Source of the DNA: a bacterium
GTDB taxonomy: Bacteria; Bacillota_I; Bacilli_A; RFN20; CAG-826
NCBI GenBank assembly: GCA_963651445.1
Contig: CAVJPU010000004.1
Span: 10,664 to 74,663 of the forward strand
Direction: 5' to 3'
DNA: 64,000 nucleotides
Shown here: positions 29,701-36,625 of the stretch, in pieces
Position numbering within the stretch: position 1 is the stretch's first letter
Layout of the letters: the number at the start of each line of letters is the position of its first letter
Position numbers and translations under genes: made by a program
Notes under the pieces: model-generated
What the model was told of the DNA's origin: nothing
The model's database searches: none
The model's input: only the letters and a program-made list of their open reading frames with translations

Positions 29701-30456
29701 CGCGAGTCTCTTTTGGGAGGCAGAAGTATCAGGGGTTGTATTATTGCTGAGGTTATAGACAGCGGAGTTGATGGTGCCGGTGATTGGGATGATCAACATG
29801 CACATAAGGACGGCGTTGATGACCAATTCTTGGGCCATGGAAACGCCACGAACTTTTTTGTAAATCGTTTTCTTTCTTTGTTTCTTTGGAAGAGCGGCAT
29901 TAGCGGTTTTTTCTTCTTTGGTGAGTTTGCGTTGGGATTTCGGGACGATGAACTTGAAAGCGCAGTGCCATAAAACCCAGCAAAGGAACTTGCCAAGGGT
30001 ACATAAAAGCAAGCCATAGACAAAAATCATGACCAGCTTAAGCAAGGATTCGGTCAATCCTGAGGCAAAAGTCTCCAAATTGGTTGGGTCAACCGCCATA
30101 TCGAATTTCATGACCGCATCGGTGATCAAGGCCTCGATAGTGCCGGAGACACTGGTTATGTCGGCGCTGATGGTCTTGTTATCGATGGTGATTGAAATGC
30201 TTTGGTTGAACCATTTCGAGAGGTCGATGGCCCCAACGGCCGTTACGACCTTTCCTAGCGTTAAGAACAAGACAATGATAACGACAATGAAAAATACCAT
30301 GCGGTAGGTGCCGTAAGCCCAGCCGCGGAAAGCGCCACGGAAAAGCGAGAACAAAAGGACGAAAATGACTAGTCCAAACAATACCCAAAGGGCTATCGTC
30401 TCGTATTTCACGATGGAGCTTGTGTCAAGCAATAGGTTCACAATAGAAACCTCCAA
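23749..30456 (-). CDS. Giant (2,235 aa) membrane-anchored acidic protein of unknown function
   Basis: One uninterrupted 6,708-nt ORF. The N-terminal ~230 aa has about four hydrophobic helices and a K/R-rich stretch; the remainder is D/S/T/N/G/A-rich and K/R-poor with no recognisable motif. It is followed co-directionally by yigZ. Confidence 0.7.
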   Translation of the reverse strand: MEVSIVNLLLDTSSIVKYETIALWVLFGLVIFVLLFSLFRGAFRGWAYGTYRMVFFIVVIIVLFLTLGKVVTAVGAIDLSKWFNQSISITIDNKTISADITSVSGTIEALITDAVMKFDMAVDPTNLETFASGLTESLLKLVMIFVYGLLLCTLGKFLCWVLWHCAFKFIVPKSQRKLTKEEKTANAALPKKQRKKTIYKKVRGVSMAQELVINAVLMCMLIIPITGTINSAVYNLSNNTTPDTSASQKRLAADDETYQTVQSVVDTYQNSVFSKAFFGWTVNDQGQSWDSQLLSFLTTANVTETMAVSVVDIVSETASIAYDVIKSGILSEDATTFDKIYILLTTQYGVNIISTLANSGFVTTLLPMALEFAVNIDAIKQYVGNSLGIDYYGYNWSATVTELGNIIKDLQSSDVFSFFTDVDGKAHYDSDTVSMLFSDKSREAMNSVFERLAQRPDEKNLFNDLVTVFLVNYALNAEETENLSLDDFLPETTGCEFETDENTGRKYVSKLNDAYKNLSLGDELKVVYNGLADIDALDDRLGALIVDSLVDSEKELDTDVLTEIVVDNIDGVTEAICGKDNPEEGETCLMDCSFLTYGMDDITDFIGKTVGDALEVSIDMTDIKNELFAETLSFETRKANAKSEMKAVLNTVKDFIDADPICKEFVKDLDAMPGITYEPNGDLHSIDPGLLDGFIVMAEDIDDSKILSAIVPTAADKLLSDNEALESLGIDGINADIDNFGAELAKLFRVAKNCMPLIQFIMNTDTNTSGASGQEISNIISGLASYHDEIVILLDGITSNKIINDSENKAYRTLLESLLGNILGKTITLPADINPEVENQVVADLIYGLGTYTTPSMLSALVGGGSISLSDLEGVSFTEILKPLDSSEVFGDVIADLLDDAVVPMLGSKASSLGLSFGNVSSWTDEGAALDAIVKFGAEIGDLTNIDLFNSDPAAISSIIKALSQSQIFDSDSGYVFGEYFHSVLTDSLGSAVSFFEDKNATGTTAAEKTTYILNAMKGLTKAQWADEAEAIGDIISNLGKALNGADLSGSISVSDIKASAIRGLLYSLANSATIGRPVAYHLYEQIGSSLISAGLDIGTGTYGYLNLAWVWDVFDESTNTALLSEMDKLADFLETAMDPAYGLVDSSGNLDASGIDISTASGKYLLTPLTKSLATSVVFNTVPDTATHETAFECLMTDLLVDSGLYGVIDSSMKDEVLSYVQNVSADTQTMTAALASNRLADDGPWAKECEALGNLTDSVVNLSASTSSFDPAAFFKDSNGKLLPESERLAKRQALYEVISAANESKILYHFLPKIIETGIDSVASSLDAGSAVPNYYYMGKGVNAEAYGDDEIDNLSWVIYYASSVDMTADLADMDADAVSNILACLAKSHVFNSSATTGENTFFQGVMGSVFGKAEIADDYYYASNPKDNPAYNSDATYTNAKDKGIKMVGEFFPAMSKTASCSSQINLDLLTGDTYSFKTLIKVIQDNNTAYDEMMAGNLMSLDSSAIETIGKELANNKIFCDMLVNALGKTFDSGFTSSDIDMSNANPYYCYWLADDGSVKPNTEEPDFTKTVTDSEIELLADFVPLYNANSSLFDDMGSVSITDTTISTIKDILTMLNSSYIFHEGKVWNQMGNKATTSWQSDLTVFEQVYGLIIKEAGLHDYNYNATFDETMYKDATNKMHSYIKAFTAGTLSSSHSGNWLSEINALTNDGNGGGLLKTLLDMGVVGSSGVSIGSVDFTTYAPTDLSKFFKALNAIDVIKDVVPYEVMSLLDDMASFNVYSSISFDINTTANYDSSAFAEIGLYSSLKIDGNGTITITATSDNVNWSTIYSGEASSAGTINLKSAKAFKVVLADGATLNAIKDVTVDTATYFLTQEEYGKDSGAIDSLINFLNALYVTNGNSYPTIDTSSSECTDKLLAVFPDLLKFLDDENGFYTRAYDNDMKLVTGVESFLSRDIFMRNVMKFNYEDNGATFVMDLGARINDSYKGIHDIFESESYSSDIEGAWFTSYLNDTCEVEFFLGGHYGSITVGSIALPAYYSMLESLANYKKTGTEKFLFAYIAENASTSLFGTEIITNMGRAFLEATVEYAKSGTYFSGLATNAPGDDALRQTAAENAVTANPTYKEDFNVVKNSKDLTALNNMLTATKAYGFKTIINSNSDATGFKTALSAMETNNTVAEKFFYNAAIYDFMVNHQIYHGATSGVAKVSIVDAFATGFSFNDVAALVA

Positions 30457-30589
30457 AAAAGAAAAACGTTGAAGGTATTATATAGCGTGTGTGCGTATCA
30501 TGTAAGGTAAGAGATTATCCAAAAGCTTTGCTTTTGAAATAATAAACCTTTTTCTAGTAATACCCTGCTTTTCTTGTTAATATCTTGTC

Positions 30590-31378
30590 GTGAAAATCAG
30601 ATTACAAAGCAAAAAGTGCGATAACTGCGACAAAGATTACGATCCAGTGTTGAGCAAATGCCCGCATTGCGGTGAAGCCAATTCGGAGTTTTCTCGTAAG
30701 CTTTATCCGGTCAATGAGTCCGCTCCGGCTTGGAAAGAACTGGTCTTCTTTTTGGTTGGCTGCATCGGCTTACAGATAATTGTTTATATCATCGCCGCTA
30801 TCGCTGGGGCATCTTTAGATACTAACAGCCTTAAATACAGGACTATCGTCAACTATGTTTCTTATGGCGTGCTTTTCGTCATTTTATCTTTGATTGTCTT
30901 CTCTTATTGGAAGACCATCCTTAAGGTTTTCAAAAACAAAAGGACCTATCTCGGTTTTGCCGTCGGTGTCATTTTAATCGGCTTCAATTTGGCTTATTCC
31001 GCCATTTTGAGTAAGTGCGGAGTCGGCGATAATGCCAATCAGGAAGCCTTGATTGAAGTCGTGTCCACTTCTAAAGTTTGGGGTTTTATATTGCTCGGCA
31101 TCGCTGGTCCAATTTGCGAGGAAATCACCTACCGTTTAGGCTTATTTGATTTGCTTAAGCGTATCCATTTGGCTATCGCCTATGTCGTATGTGCCATCTT
31201 GTTCGGCTTCATCCATTTTGACTTCACCAATCCGACTTTGGTTGAATGGTTGAACATTCCTAATTATGTTATCTGTGGGGCTATCCTTTGCTTCGCCAAC
31301 GATAGGTTTGGCATCGGGGCTTCGATGATCGCGCATATTATGAATAATATGTTATCTCTTATTTTGATGGTGGTTTGA
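30590..31378 (+). CDS. CPBP-family intramembrane glutamic endopeptidase (CAAX-protease-like) with an N-terminal zinc ribbon
   Basis: N-terminal CDNCDKDYDPVLSKCPHCGE (CxxC-x12-CxxC); CPBP motifs EEITYRLG (EExxxR), FGFIHF and HIMNN. The probable start is GTG; the start site is uncertain. Confidence 0.7.
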   Translation: MKIRLQSKKCDNCDKDYDPVLSKCPHCGEANSEFSRKLYPVNESAPAWKELVFFLVGCIGLQIIVYIIAAIAGASLDTNSLKYRTIVNYVSYGVLFVILSLIVFSYWKTILKVFKNKRTYLGFAVGVILIGFNLAYSAILSKCGVGDNANQEALIEVVSTSKVWGFILLGIAGPICEEITYRLGLFDLLKRIHLAIAYVVCAILFGFIHFDFTNPTLVEWLNIPNYVICGAILCFANDRFGIGASMIAHIMNNMLSLILMVV

Positions 31379-31379
31379 T

Positions 31380-32291
31380 ATGAACGGAAAAGTACAGGTA
31401 CTCTCATCATTTTGGCTAAAGATCATCGGATTCATCACGATGACTTTTGACCATATCGGCACCTTCATCGGAATGTTCTATGCTAGTGGTTCAACCATCG
31501 GACAGGTCGGTTTGGCCTTTAGATGCATCGGTCGTTTGGCGTTGCCCATCTTCATCTTCTTATTGGTCCAAGGCTTAAGGAATTCCAAATACCCAGATAA
31601 GTATTTATTTAGAATCTTCATCATGTGGGCCGTGTTCTTTGTCATTGGCTTAGGCGTGTTTGTCGCCTCCGCCTGTGGGGCCAGCATCGAAGTCTTGGAT
31701 AGCCTCGGCGGTTCGATTCCCGCCAATGCATTCAATGATTTGTTATATGTCGGATTATTCCTATATTTACTCAACCACAAGAACAAGAAACTGCGTGCTT
31801 TGTGTGCTTTCCCGCTCATATTGATCGGTTGCTCATATGCTTTCGATATCGTCAACGCTTACGGAAATACCTCACTTTATATGTATTTCCCGGAATTCAT
31901 CCGCGCTGATTATTCGGTGTTTGCCTTATTACTTGGCATCGGCTTCTATTACACCAAGCCATTAGCCGCCAAGATGGCAGATAAGGTCTTCCTTTATGAG
32001 ACCACCGACAAGGAAGTGGCTCAGAGACGACAAGGATTAACCAATATGCTAAACGCCTGCGTTGTGGTCTTCGCCACCGCTTTCATGTATGGATTATCCT
32101 TCGCTTACGGTTCGTATGATCCGCTTAGGTTCTCTTCCATCGGAAGCTTTGCCGTCTTATCCATCATCTTCATCATGCTTTATAACGGCAAAAGAGGTTA
32201 TGACTCTAAATGGTTTAGATGGGTCAGCTATCTCTATTATCCGGTGCATATTATTATCATCGGGCTTATCTTTGTTTTATTATCCTTGTAG
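31380..32291 (+). CDS. TraX-family membrane protein (second paralogue)
   Basis: 303 aa with the TraX signature ITMTFDHIG. It starts 1 nt after the CPBP gene's stop. Confidence 0.75.
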   Translation: MNGKVQVLSSFWLKIIGFITMTFDHIGTFIGMFYASGSTIGQVGLAFRCIGRLALPIFIFLLVQGLRNSKYPDKYLFRIFIMWAVFFVIGLGVFVASACGASIEVLDSLGGSIPANAFNDLLYVGLFLYLLNHKNKKLRALCAFPLILIGCSYAFDIVNAYGNTSLYMYFPEFIRADYSVFALLLGIGFYYTKPLAAKMADKVFLYETTDKEVAQRRQGLTNMLNACVVVFATAFMYGLSFAYGSYDPLRFSSIGSFAVLSIIFIMLYNGKRGYDSKWFRWVSYLYYPVHIIIIGLIFVLLSL

Positions 32292-32302
32292 GAGGTTTAT
32301 TT

Positions 32303-32611
32303 ATGATTATCCATCCAGCTAATGAAGCCGAATTTGAAGAGGCTCTCAAAAACGATAAAGTGGTCATCGATTTCTTCGCCACATGGTGCGGTCCTTGCAT
32401 GCGCTTAAGCCCGCTTATCGAAGAATTAGCCGAAGCCCATCCAGAAATCAGCTTCATCAAGGTCGACTGCGACAAGTTAGGCAGAGTCGCCGCCAGATAC
32501 AATGTCTATAGCATTCCCGATCTCCGTTACCTTGAAAACGGCAAGGAAATCCGTTCCAACGTCGGTTATATGCCGATGCCGATGCTAAAGAAGTTTGTCG
32601 GGGTCGAATAA
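32303..32611 (+). CDS. trxA: Thioredoxin
   Basis: 102 aa from the ATG at 32303 behind a GGAGG RBS. WCGPC active site. Confidence 0.9.
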   Translation: MIIHPANEAEFEEALKNDKVVIDFFATWCGPCMRLSPLIEELAEAHPEISFIKVDCDKLGRVAARYNVYSIPDLRYLENGKEIRSNVGYMPMPMLKKFVGVE

Positions 32612-32617
32612 AAATAT

Positions 32618-32645
32618 TTGCTAAGTCGCCACTTCGTGGTATATT
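32618..32645 (+). promoter_or_regulatory. Sigma-A-type promoter for tRNA-Asp/Gly (TTGCTA, 16 nt spacer, TATATT)
   Basis: -35 TTGCTA, a 16-nt spacer, then -10 TATATT. The tRNA starts ~15 nt downstream. Confidence 0.5.
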
Positions 32646-32660
32646 TGCATTCGCACCCAG

Positions 32661-32737
32661 TGGACCATTGGTGTAGCGGTCTAACATGCCTCCCTGTCAC
32701 GGAGGAGATCGAGAGTTCGAATCTCTTATGGTCCGCC
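32661..32737 (+). tRNA. tRNA-Asp (anticodon GTC)
   Basis: Acceptor GGACCAT/ATGGTCC with discriminator G; anticodon stem CCTCC/GGAGG with loop CTGTCAC; T-arm GAGAG-TTCGAAT-CTCTT; ends CCA. Confidence 0.85.
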
Positions 32738-32739
32738 AA

Positions 32740-32813
<74 letters not shown>

Positions 32814-32936
32814 ATTGCAGATCATTATGTTCGATATTAACGTATCGGACTTTTTTTATGCTTAAAATTTAGCCAAATATGTCATATTTATAGTGTTTTA
32901 TAATAAAATCAATCATTTGGAGTAATTCATGAAGTA

Positions 32937-33044
32937 ACACGATTAGGTGTTTTAGAGCAAATTATCGTCATGATACAAGTCACTTTACACGATTTGAGGT
33001 AAAGGGTGCTAAAAAATAGTAGGGGTGCTAAAATCGTATCAATA
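32937..33044 (+). repeat. Left block of TTTACACGATTT / GGGTGCTAAA short direct repeats
   Basis: The block contains aACACGATTag, cTTTACACGATTTGAGGTAAA, GGGTGCTAAA and GGGGTGCTAAAATCGTATCAA. The same motifs recur at 35558-35666 in the same orientation. Confidence 0.6.
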
Positions 33045-33061
33045 TATGACACTTACACCAT

Positions 33062-33108
33062 TAAAGAAAAGTAGACATCTTGTGTCTAGTCACAAGATGT
33101 CTTTTTTA
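33062..33108. terminator. Bidirectional terminator (12-bp perfect stem) at the 3' end of the islet membrane-protein gene
   Basis: AGACATCTTGTG-tctagt-CACAAGATGTCT flanked by AAAAG on one side and TTTTTT on the other. Confidence 0.75.
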
Positions 33109-33746
33109 TTATTCTTTATTTTTCTGTATTTTCTAAAGAAGTAAATATATATTAAATCAATTATAAAACATAAAGATCCTGTAATAAGAATATATATTTG
33201 AACTCCACCAATTTCTATACATCCCCAAATGGTTGGAGTAAGTGTTCCAATGCATTTACATATTGCACCAAGCAATGAGAAACCTTTAGTATTATTTCTT
33301 TTAAATAAATTAGTAAGAAATAATACTGACATTACGACATTTTGAGCAAATGCGGAATATATTGAAGCTTCAGTTGCACTATTACAATATAGATAGAATG
33401 CCAATTGCATACAAATACATACAATTAAAGCTAAAATAGTATAGGGAATAAAATATTTTTTTGCATTTTCAGGTAAATATTGTCTTCCAAATTTAATAAA
33501 ACAAACTAAAATTGCTACATCACACAATGCCCATGCTAAATCTGCAATATTTTGTACCATCATAAATTCTTTAGATATAAGGAATCCATCGATGGAATAT
33601 AGAAATTCCCATGCTATATTTAATCCAAGTGCAAATATAGGCATTCCGCATGCTTTATCTTTAAATCCTATTCTAATTAGTTCTATATATACAATTGTCC
33701 AACATATACCACTAATAGAAACTAATATAAGACCAGTTGTATTCAT
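33090..33746 (-). CDS. Polytopic membrane protein, unknown function (low-GC islet)
   Basis: 218 aa with six to seven hydrophobic helices. Very AT-rich coding sequence. No motif I recognise. Confidence 0.55.
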   Translation of the reverse strand: MNTTGLILVSISGICWTIVYIELIRIGFKDKACGMPIFALGLNIAWEFLYSIDGFLISKEFMMVQNIADLAWALCDVAILVCFIKFGRQYLPENAKKYFIPYTILALIVCICMQLAFYLYCNSATEASIYSAFAQNVVMSVLFLTNLFKRNNTKGFSLLGAICKCIGTLTPTIWGCIEIGGVQIYILITGSLCFIIDLIYIYFFRKYRKIKNNKKDIL

Positions 33747-33752
33747 ATTTAA

Positions 33753-34733
33753 TTACTTGAATATACCTACATATTCAATGTAGCAAAAACCGCTAACGCT
33801 TTTGCCACTACATGTACCACTTATTTCACTTGCAGCTTCATATTTAGAAATATATTCAGAAGCTATTTCTTGTTCAATTGGTTTTGGCACAACTTTCAAT
33901 TTAGCATCAAGCTTTGGAATACAAATTAATAAATCAATTGGATAGTTTTGATTTGAGGTAGGACTTTTCCAAAATCTTTTACTTTTCTCCATAAATGGTT
34001 CAACTTCATAAATTTTTTGACTTCCGTCACTTGCCTGTTCAGTAGCCCATCCGCGAGATATATGTTTTGAAGGCCATGAAATTGACCACATAGATAATCT
34101 TTTTCCATTTGATAAATTTAAATCCATCCATGCCCAGTGTAGATCGCCATCACTTACAGGGCCTGGAGTTTGTTGCCATTGTCTATCAAACCAAGCATCT
34201 CCCGCTATTTTATATGTCTTACTATTAATTGAAAGAGTACCTGAAGGTGTAACTTTAGGCTTTGAATATTGGTGTACCTTAATTATTGCTAGGTTAAATT
34301 CTCCGTTTCCACCATTTAAAATGATATCTTTTTCAAAATCTAGATTAAGACTTAGACTTATTCCTTTATTAGAGGCTTCTACATGCATATGGTTTAAATC
34401 GCCTTCCATAGAACCCGTTGGATCTTTAATCTTAAAGTGATCTGTTGCTATTTCAACCTTATTTAGAGGATAAAAATTATCCTCTCCGTAATGAAATCCT
34501 GTTGTTTCATCTGTAACTGAAAGAACAGAATTCATAACCTGACCATCATGTCCTGGCCAAATCATTTGATGGAATAGATAGTTTAGTTTATGTCCTTCCG
34601 CTTCAAAATGTCCTATCACAAACCAAGAACTAGAATTATACTTCTTATTCCATATTAATTCCTTATTTGGATCATAAGCTTGTTTTTTACCATCAGTTAA
34701 TCTAATCATCATTTTACTTAGTAATTTACTCAT
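33753..34733 (-). CDS. AttH/CrtC-like lipocalin-domain protein (putative hydratase/hydrolase)
   Basis: 326 aa. GDAWFDRQWQQ resembles the AttH/CrtC G-x-AW-x-D-HEW motif (recalled from memory). No signal peptide. AT-rich codons. Confidence 0.5.
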   Translation of the reverse strand: MSKLLSKMMIRLTDGKKQAYDPNKELIWNKKYNSSSWFVIGHFEAEGHKLNYLFHQMIWPGHDGQVMNSVLSVTDETTGFHYGEDNFYPLNKVEIATDHFKIKDPTGSMEGDLNHMHVEASNKGISLSLNLDFEKDIILNGGNGEFNLAIIKVHQYSKPKVTPSGTLSINSKTYKIAGDAWFDRQWQQTPGPVSDGDLHWAWMDLNLSNGKRLSMWSISWPSKHISRGWATEQASDGSQKIYEVEPFMEKSKRFWKSPTSNQNYPIDLLICIPKLDAKLKVVPKPIEQEIASEYISKYEAASEISGTCSGKSVSGFCYIEYVGIFK

Positions 34734-34889
34734 AATATCAACTCCTATTTTAATAGATACGTGTTGTTTATTTTACTCACGTCGACTATAATATATATAT
34801 TGATATGATAGTTTAATCAATCACTAAAAATTGATATATGTTTGATAAACAACATAATTATAAATTTATCTATTAAAAGGATGGAATCC

Positions 34890-35450
34890 ATGAACAGCAA
34901 TGATAGAAGATATGTTAGAACTAGAAGAAATATTAAAACTTCTTTTGCAAAATTACTAAAAGAAAAATCATTTGATAAGATCAATATTAATGAAATTTCA
35001 GAACTTGCAGATATAAATAGATCAACTTTCTATTTGCATTATATTGATAAATATGAACTTCTAGATGACTTTATTGATGATTTAGTTAAGGCTTTATATG
35101 ATGAACAGGATTTATTACATAAAGTAGAGAAAGAAGAAGAAAGAAAAGAAAAACTTATAAAAATACTTTCTTGTCTTTATGAAGAAAAAGAATATTTTAG
35201 TATTTTATTTTCAAAAGAAAATTATCCATATTTTTCTAATCATTTTAAAAGTGTAATCACAAATCTTATTAGTTCAGATTTATATACATATAATAATGTA
35301 AATAAATTAGATTATGAATTTAATATTGAATTTAGAGTGTCAGCGATGATTGGAATAATTCAATGGTGGTTAACTAAAGGATTAAATCTAAGTGTTGAAA
35401 AGATGGCAAATAACATTTTTGATGTGTTTAAAAAACTTGATGATTGTTAG
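34890..35450 (+). CDS. TetR/AcrR-family transcriptional regulator
   Basis: N-terminal HTH: IKTSFAKLLKEKSFDKININEISELADINRSTFYLHY. RBS is AAAGGA. 186 aa. It is divergent from the AttH-like gene. Confidence 0.8.
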   Translation: MNSNDRRYVRTRRNIKTSFAKLLKEKSFDKININEISELADINRSTFYLHYIDKYELLDDFIDDLVKALYDEQDLLHKVEKEEERKEKLIKILSCLYEEKEYFSILFSKENYPYFSNHFKSVITNLISSDLYTYNNVNKLDYEFNIEFRVSAMIGIIQWWLTKGLNLSVEKMANNIFDVFKKLDDC

Positions 35451-35557
35451 TTAATAATTTCAAGATGAGTATTTATTATCTTCAGAATATTAATGTTCTA
35501 TTTCATATGATGTGAAATATACAAAAATTAATTGCAAAATAAATTGTGTAATTAAAT

Positions 35558-35666
35558 TCAACGATTTTTATCGATGCTATCGGTATTTTTCTAAGGGTGC
35601 TAAACCTTTACACGATTTGATGTAAATTTTACACGATTTAAGCAAGGGGGCTAAATTGTATCAAAA
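35558..35666 (+). repeat. Right block of TTTACACGATTT / GGGTGCTAAA short direct repeats (includes the palindrome TTTACA-N8-TGTAAA)
   Basis: The block contains caACGATTTtt, AAGGGTGCTAAA, cTTTACACGATTTGATGTAAA, TTTTACACGATTTAAGCA and AGGGGGCTAAATTGTATCAAAA. It matches the left block at 32937-33044. Confidence 0.6.
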
Positions 35667-35687
35667 CCCTTCTACTTAGGCAGGGAA

Positions 35688-35720
35688 CAAAAAGCCCAGG
35701 TTATCCTGGGCTTTCTTTTT
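35688..35720. terminator. Bidirectional terminator between TetR and the Gx-transporter gene
   Basis: AAAAAGCCCAGG-ttat-CCTGGGCTTTCTTTTT. Confidence 0.75.
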
Positions 35721-35738
35721 AACAAAACAATGGATTCC

Positions 35739-36230
35739 CTATTCGATTTTGATCTTTAGAAGCATCTTGGCGATGAATCCAGTAAGGATGCCAGTTCCCA
35801 CCGAAACGAGAACCAAGATAGGGAGATAGTAGCCAACATAGACTGTTCCAAGATAGATAATGGCCACGAGAATTTGTCCCACCGAATGGAAAACAGCTCC
35901 GATTATGGAAACTCCGATTATAGAGAACTTCTTGAATAGAAGCTTGAATAAAATCATCATTCCCAGGGATAGGATCATGCCTGCCGCAGACATCCAGAAG
36001 CCCATTTGGAAAATGGTGCCTCTCAATAATCCTGCTAGGACAACTCTTAAGACCGATACGGTTATGGCTTCCAAGATTCCGTCTTTATATAGAATATAAA
36101 GGGCCACCGCATTGGCTAAGCCAAGTTTAATGCCTGGGATAGGACCGGTTGGAATAAGTCCTTCGACGATGGAAAGGACGATGGATATGGCGAGTAACAT
36201 CGCCAATCTGGTTATTTTCCTAATGCTCAT
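35739..36230 (-). CDS. Gx-transporter-family membrane protein (heptaprenyl-diphosphate-synthase-component-I-like)
   Basis: 163 aa with five TM helices and the characteristic G-x motifs. Classic genomic association with NusG-II and ApbE. Confidence 0.65.
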   Translation of the reverse strand: MSIRKITRLAMLLAISIVLSIVEGLIPTGPIPGIKLGLANAVALYILYKDGILEAITVSVLRVVLAGLLRGTIFQMGFWMSAAGMILSLGMMILFKLLFKKFSIIGVSIIGAVFHSVGQILVAIIYLGTVYVGYYLPILVLVSVGTGILTGFIAKMLLKIKIE

Positions 36231-36625
36231 CAGATAGCCACATCGTATGACGATGTCCCCTCAATGACGATATAGACGGCGTTGTGAACGCAGATGATTG
36301 GATTGTTGGCGGTGTTGATATAACCTTTATTCACGCAATATTGATGCGGGCAATTGCTCTCCGAGACTTTGATTTCGCCCTTATGGTAGGTGATTTTCAT
36401 ATACCCATTTGTTCCTAAGACAGATATATCGGTGTTTGTCTCGCTGGCGTCACGTAGATTGATTTCCTCGACTAAGCTGTTCTTCACATAGATTTTGGCG
36501 TAGTTGGCATTGCTCTTGGTCTTAATGCAAGAATAAACGACTATGCCGATGACGCACAATATGGAAATCACTCCGGCCAAAATAATGTCGGCTTTATGCT
36601 TTTTGACAGTCTCTTTAAACGGCAT
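36230..36625 (-). CDS. NusG-domain-II-containing membrane-anchored protein
   Basis: 131 aa: an N-terminal TM helix then a beta-rich domain with CPHQYC. Start and stop overlap the neighbouring genes. Confidence 0.6.
   Translation of the reverse strand: MPFKETVKKHKADIILAGVISILCVIGIVVYSCIKTKSNANYAKIYVKNSLVEEINLRDASETNTDISVLGTNGYMKITYHKGEIKVSESNCPHQYCVNKGYINTANNPIICVHNAVYIVIEGTSSYDVAI

Noticed and set aside
24074-30388. Numerous 60-130-aa ORFs on both strands inside the giant gene (e.g. 24138..24488, 27575..27904, 29581..29973).
   Set aside because: All are embedded in the single 6.7-kb reading frame; nothing supports independent genes.
32814-35725. Classifying the low-GC islet as an integrative mobile element with an integrase.
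   Set aside because: There is no integrase, recombinase, transposase or excisionase ORF on either strand. The tRNA adjacency and direct repeats are reported as observations without claiming an active mobile element.
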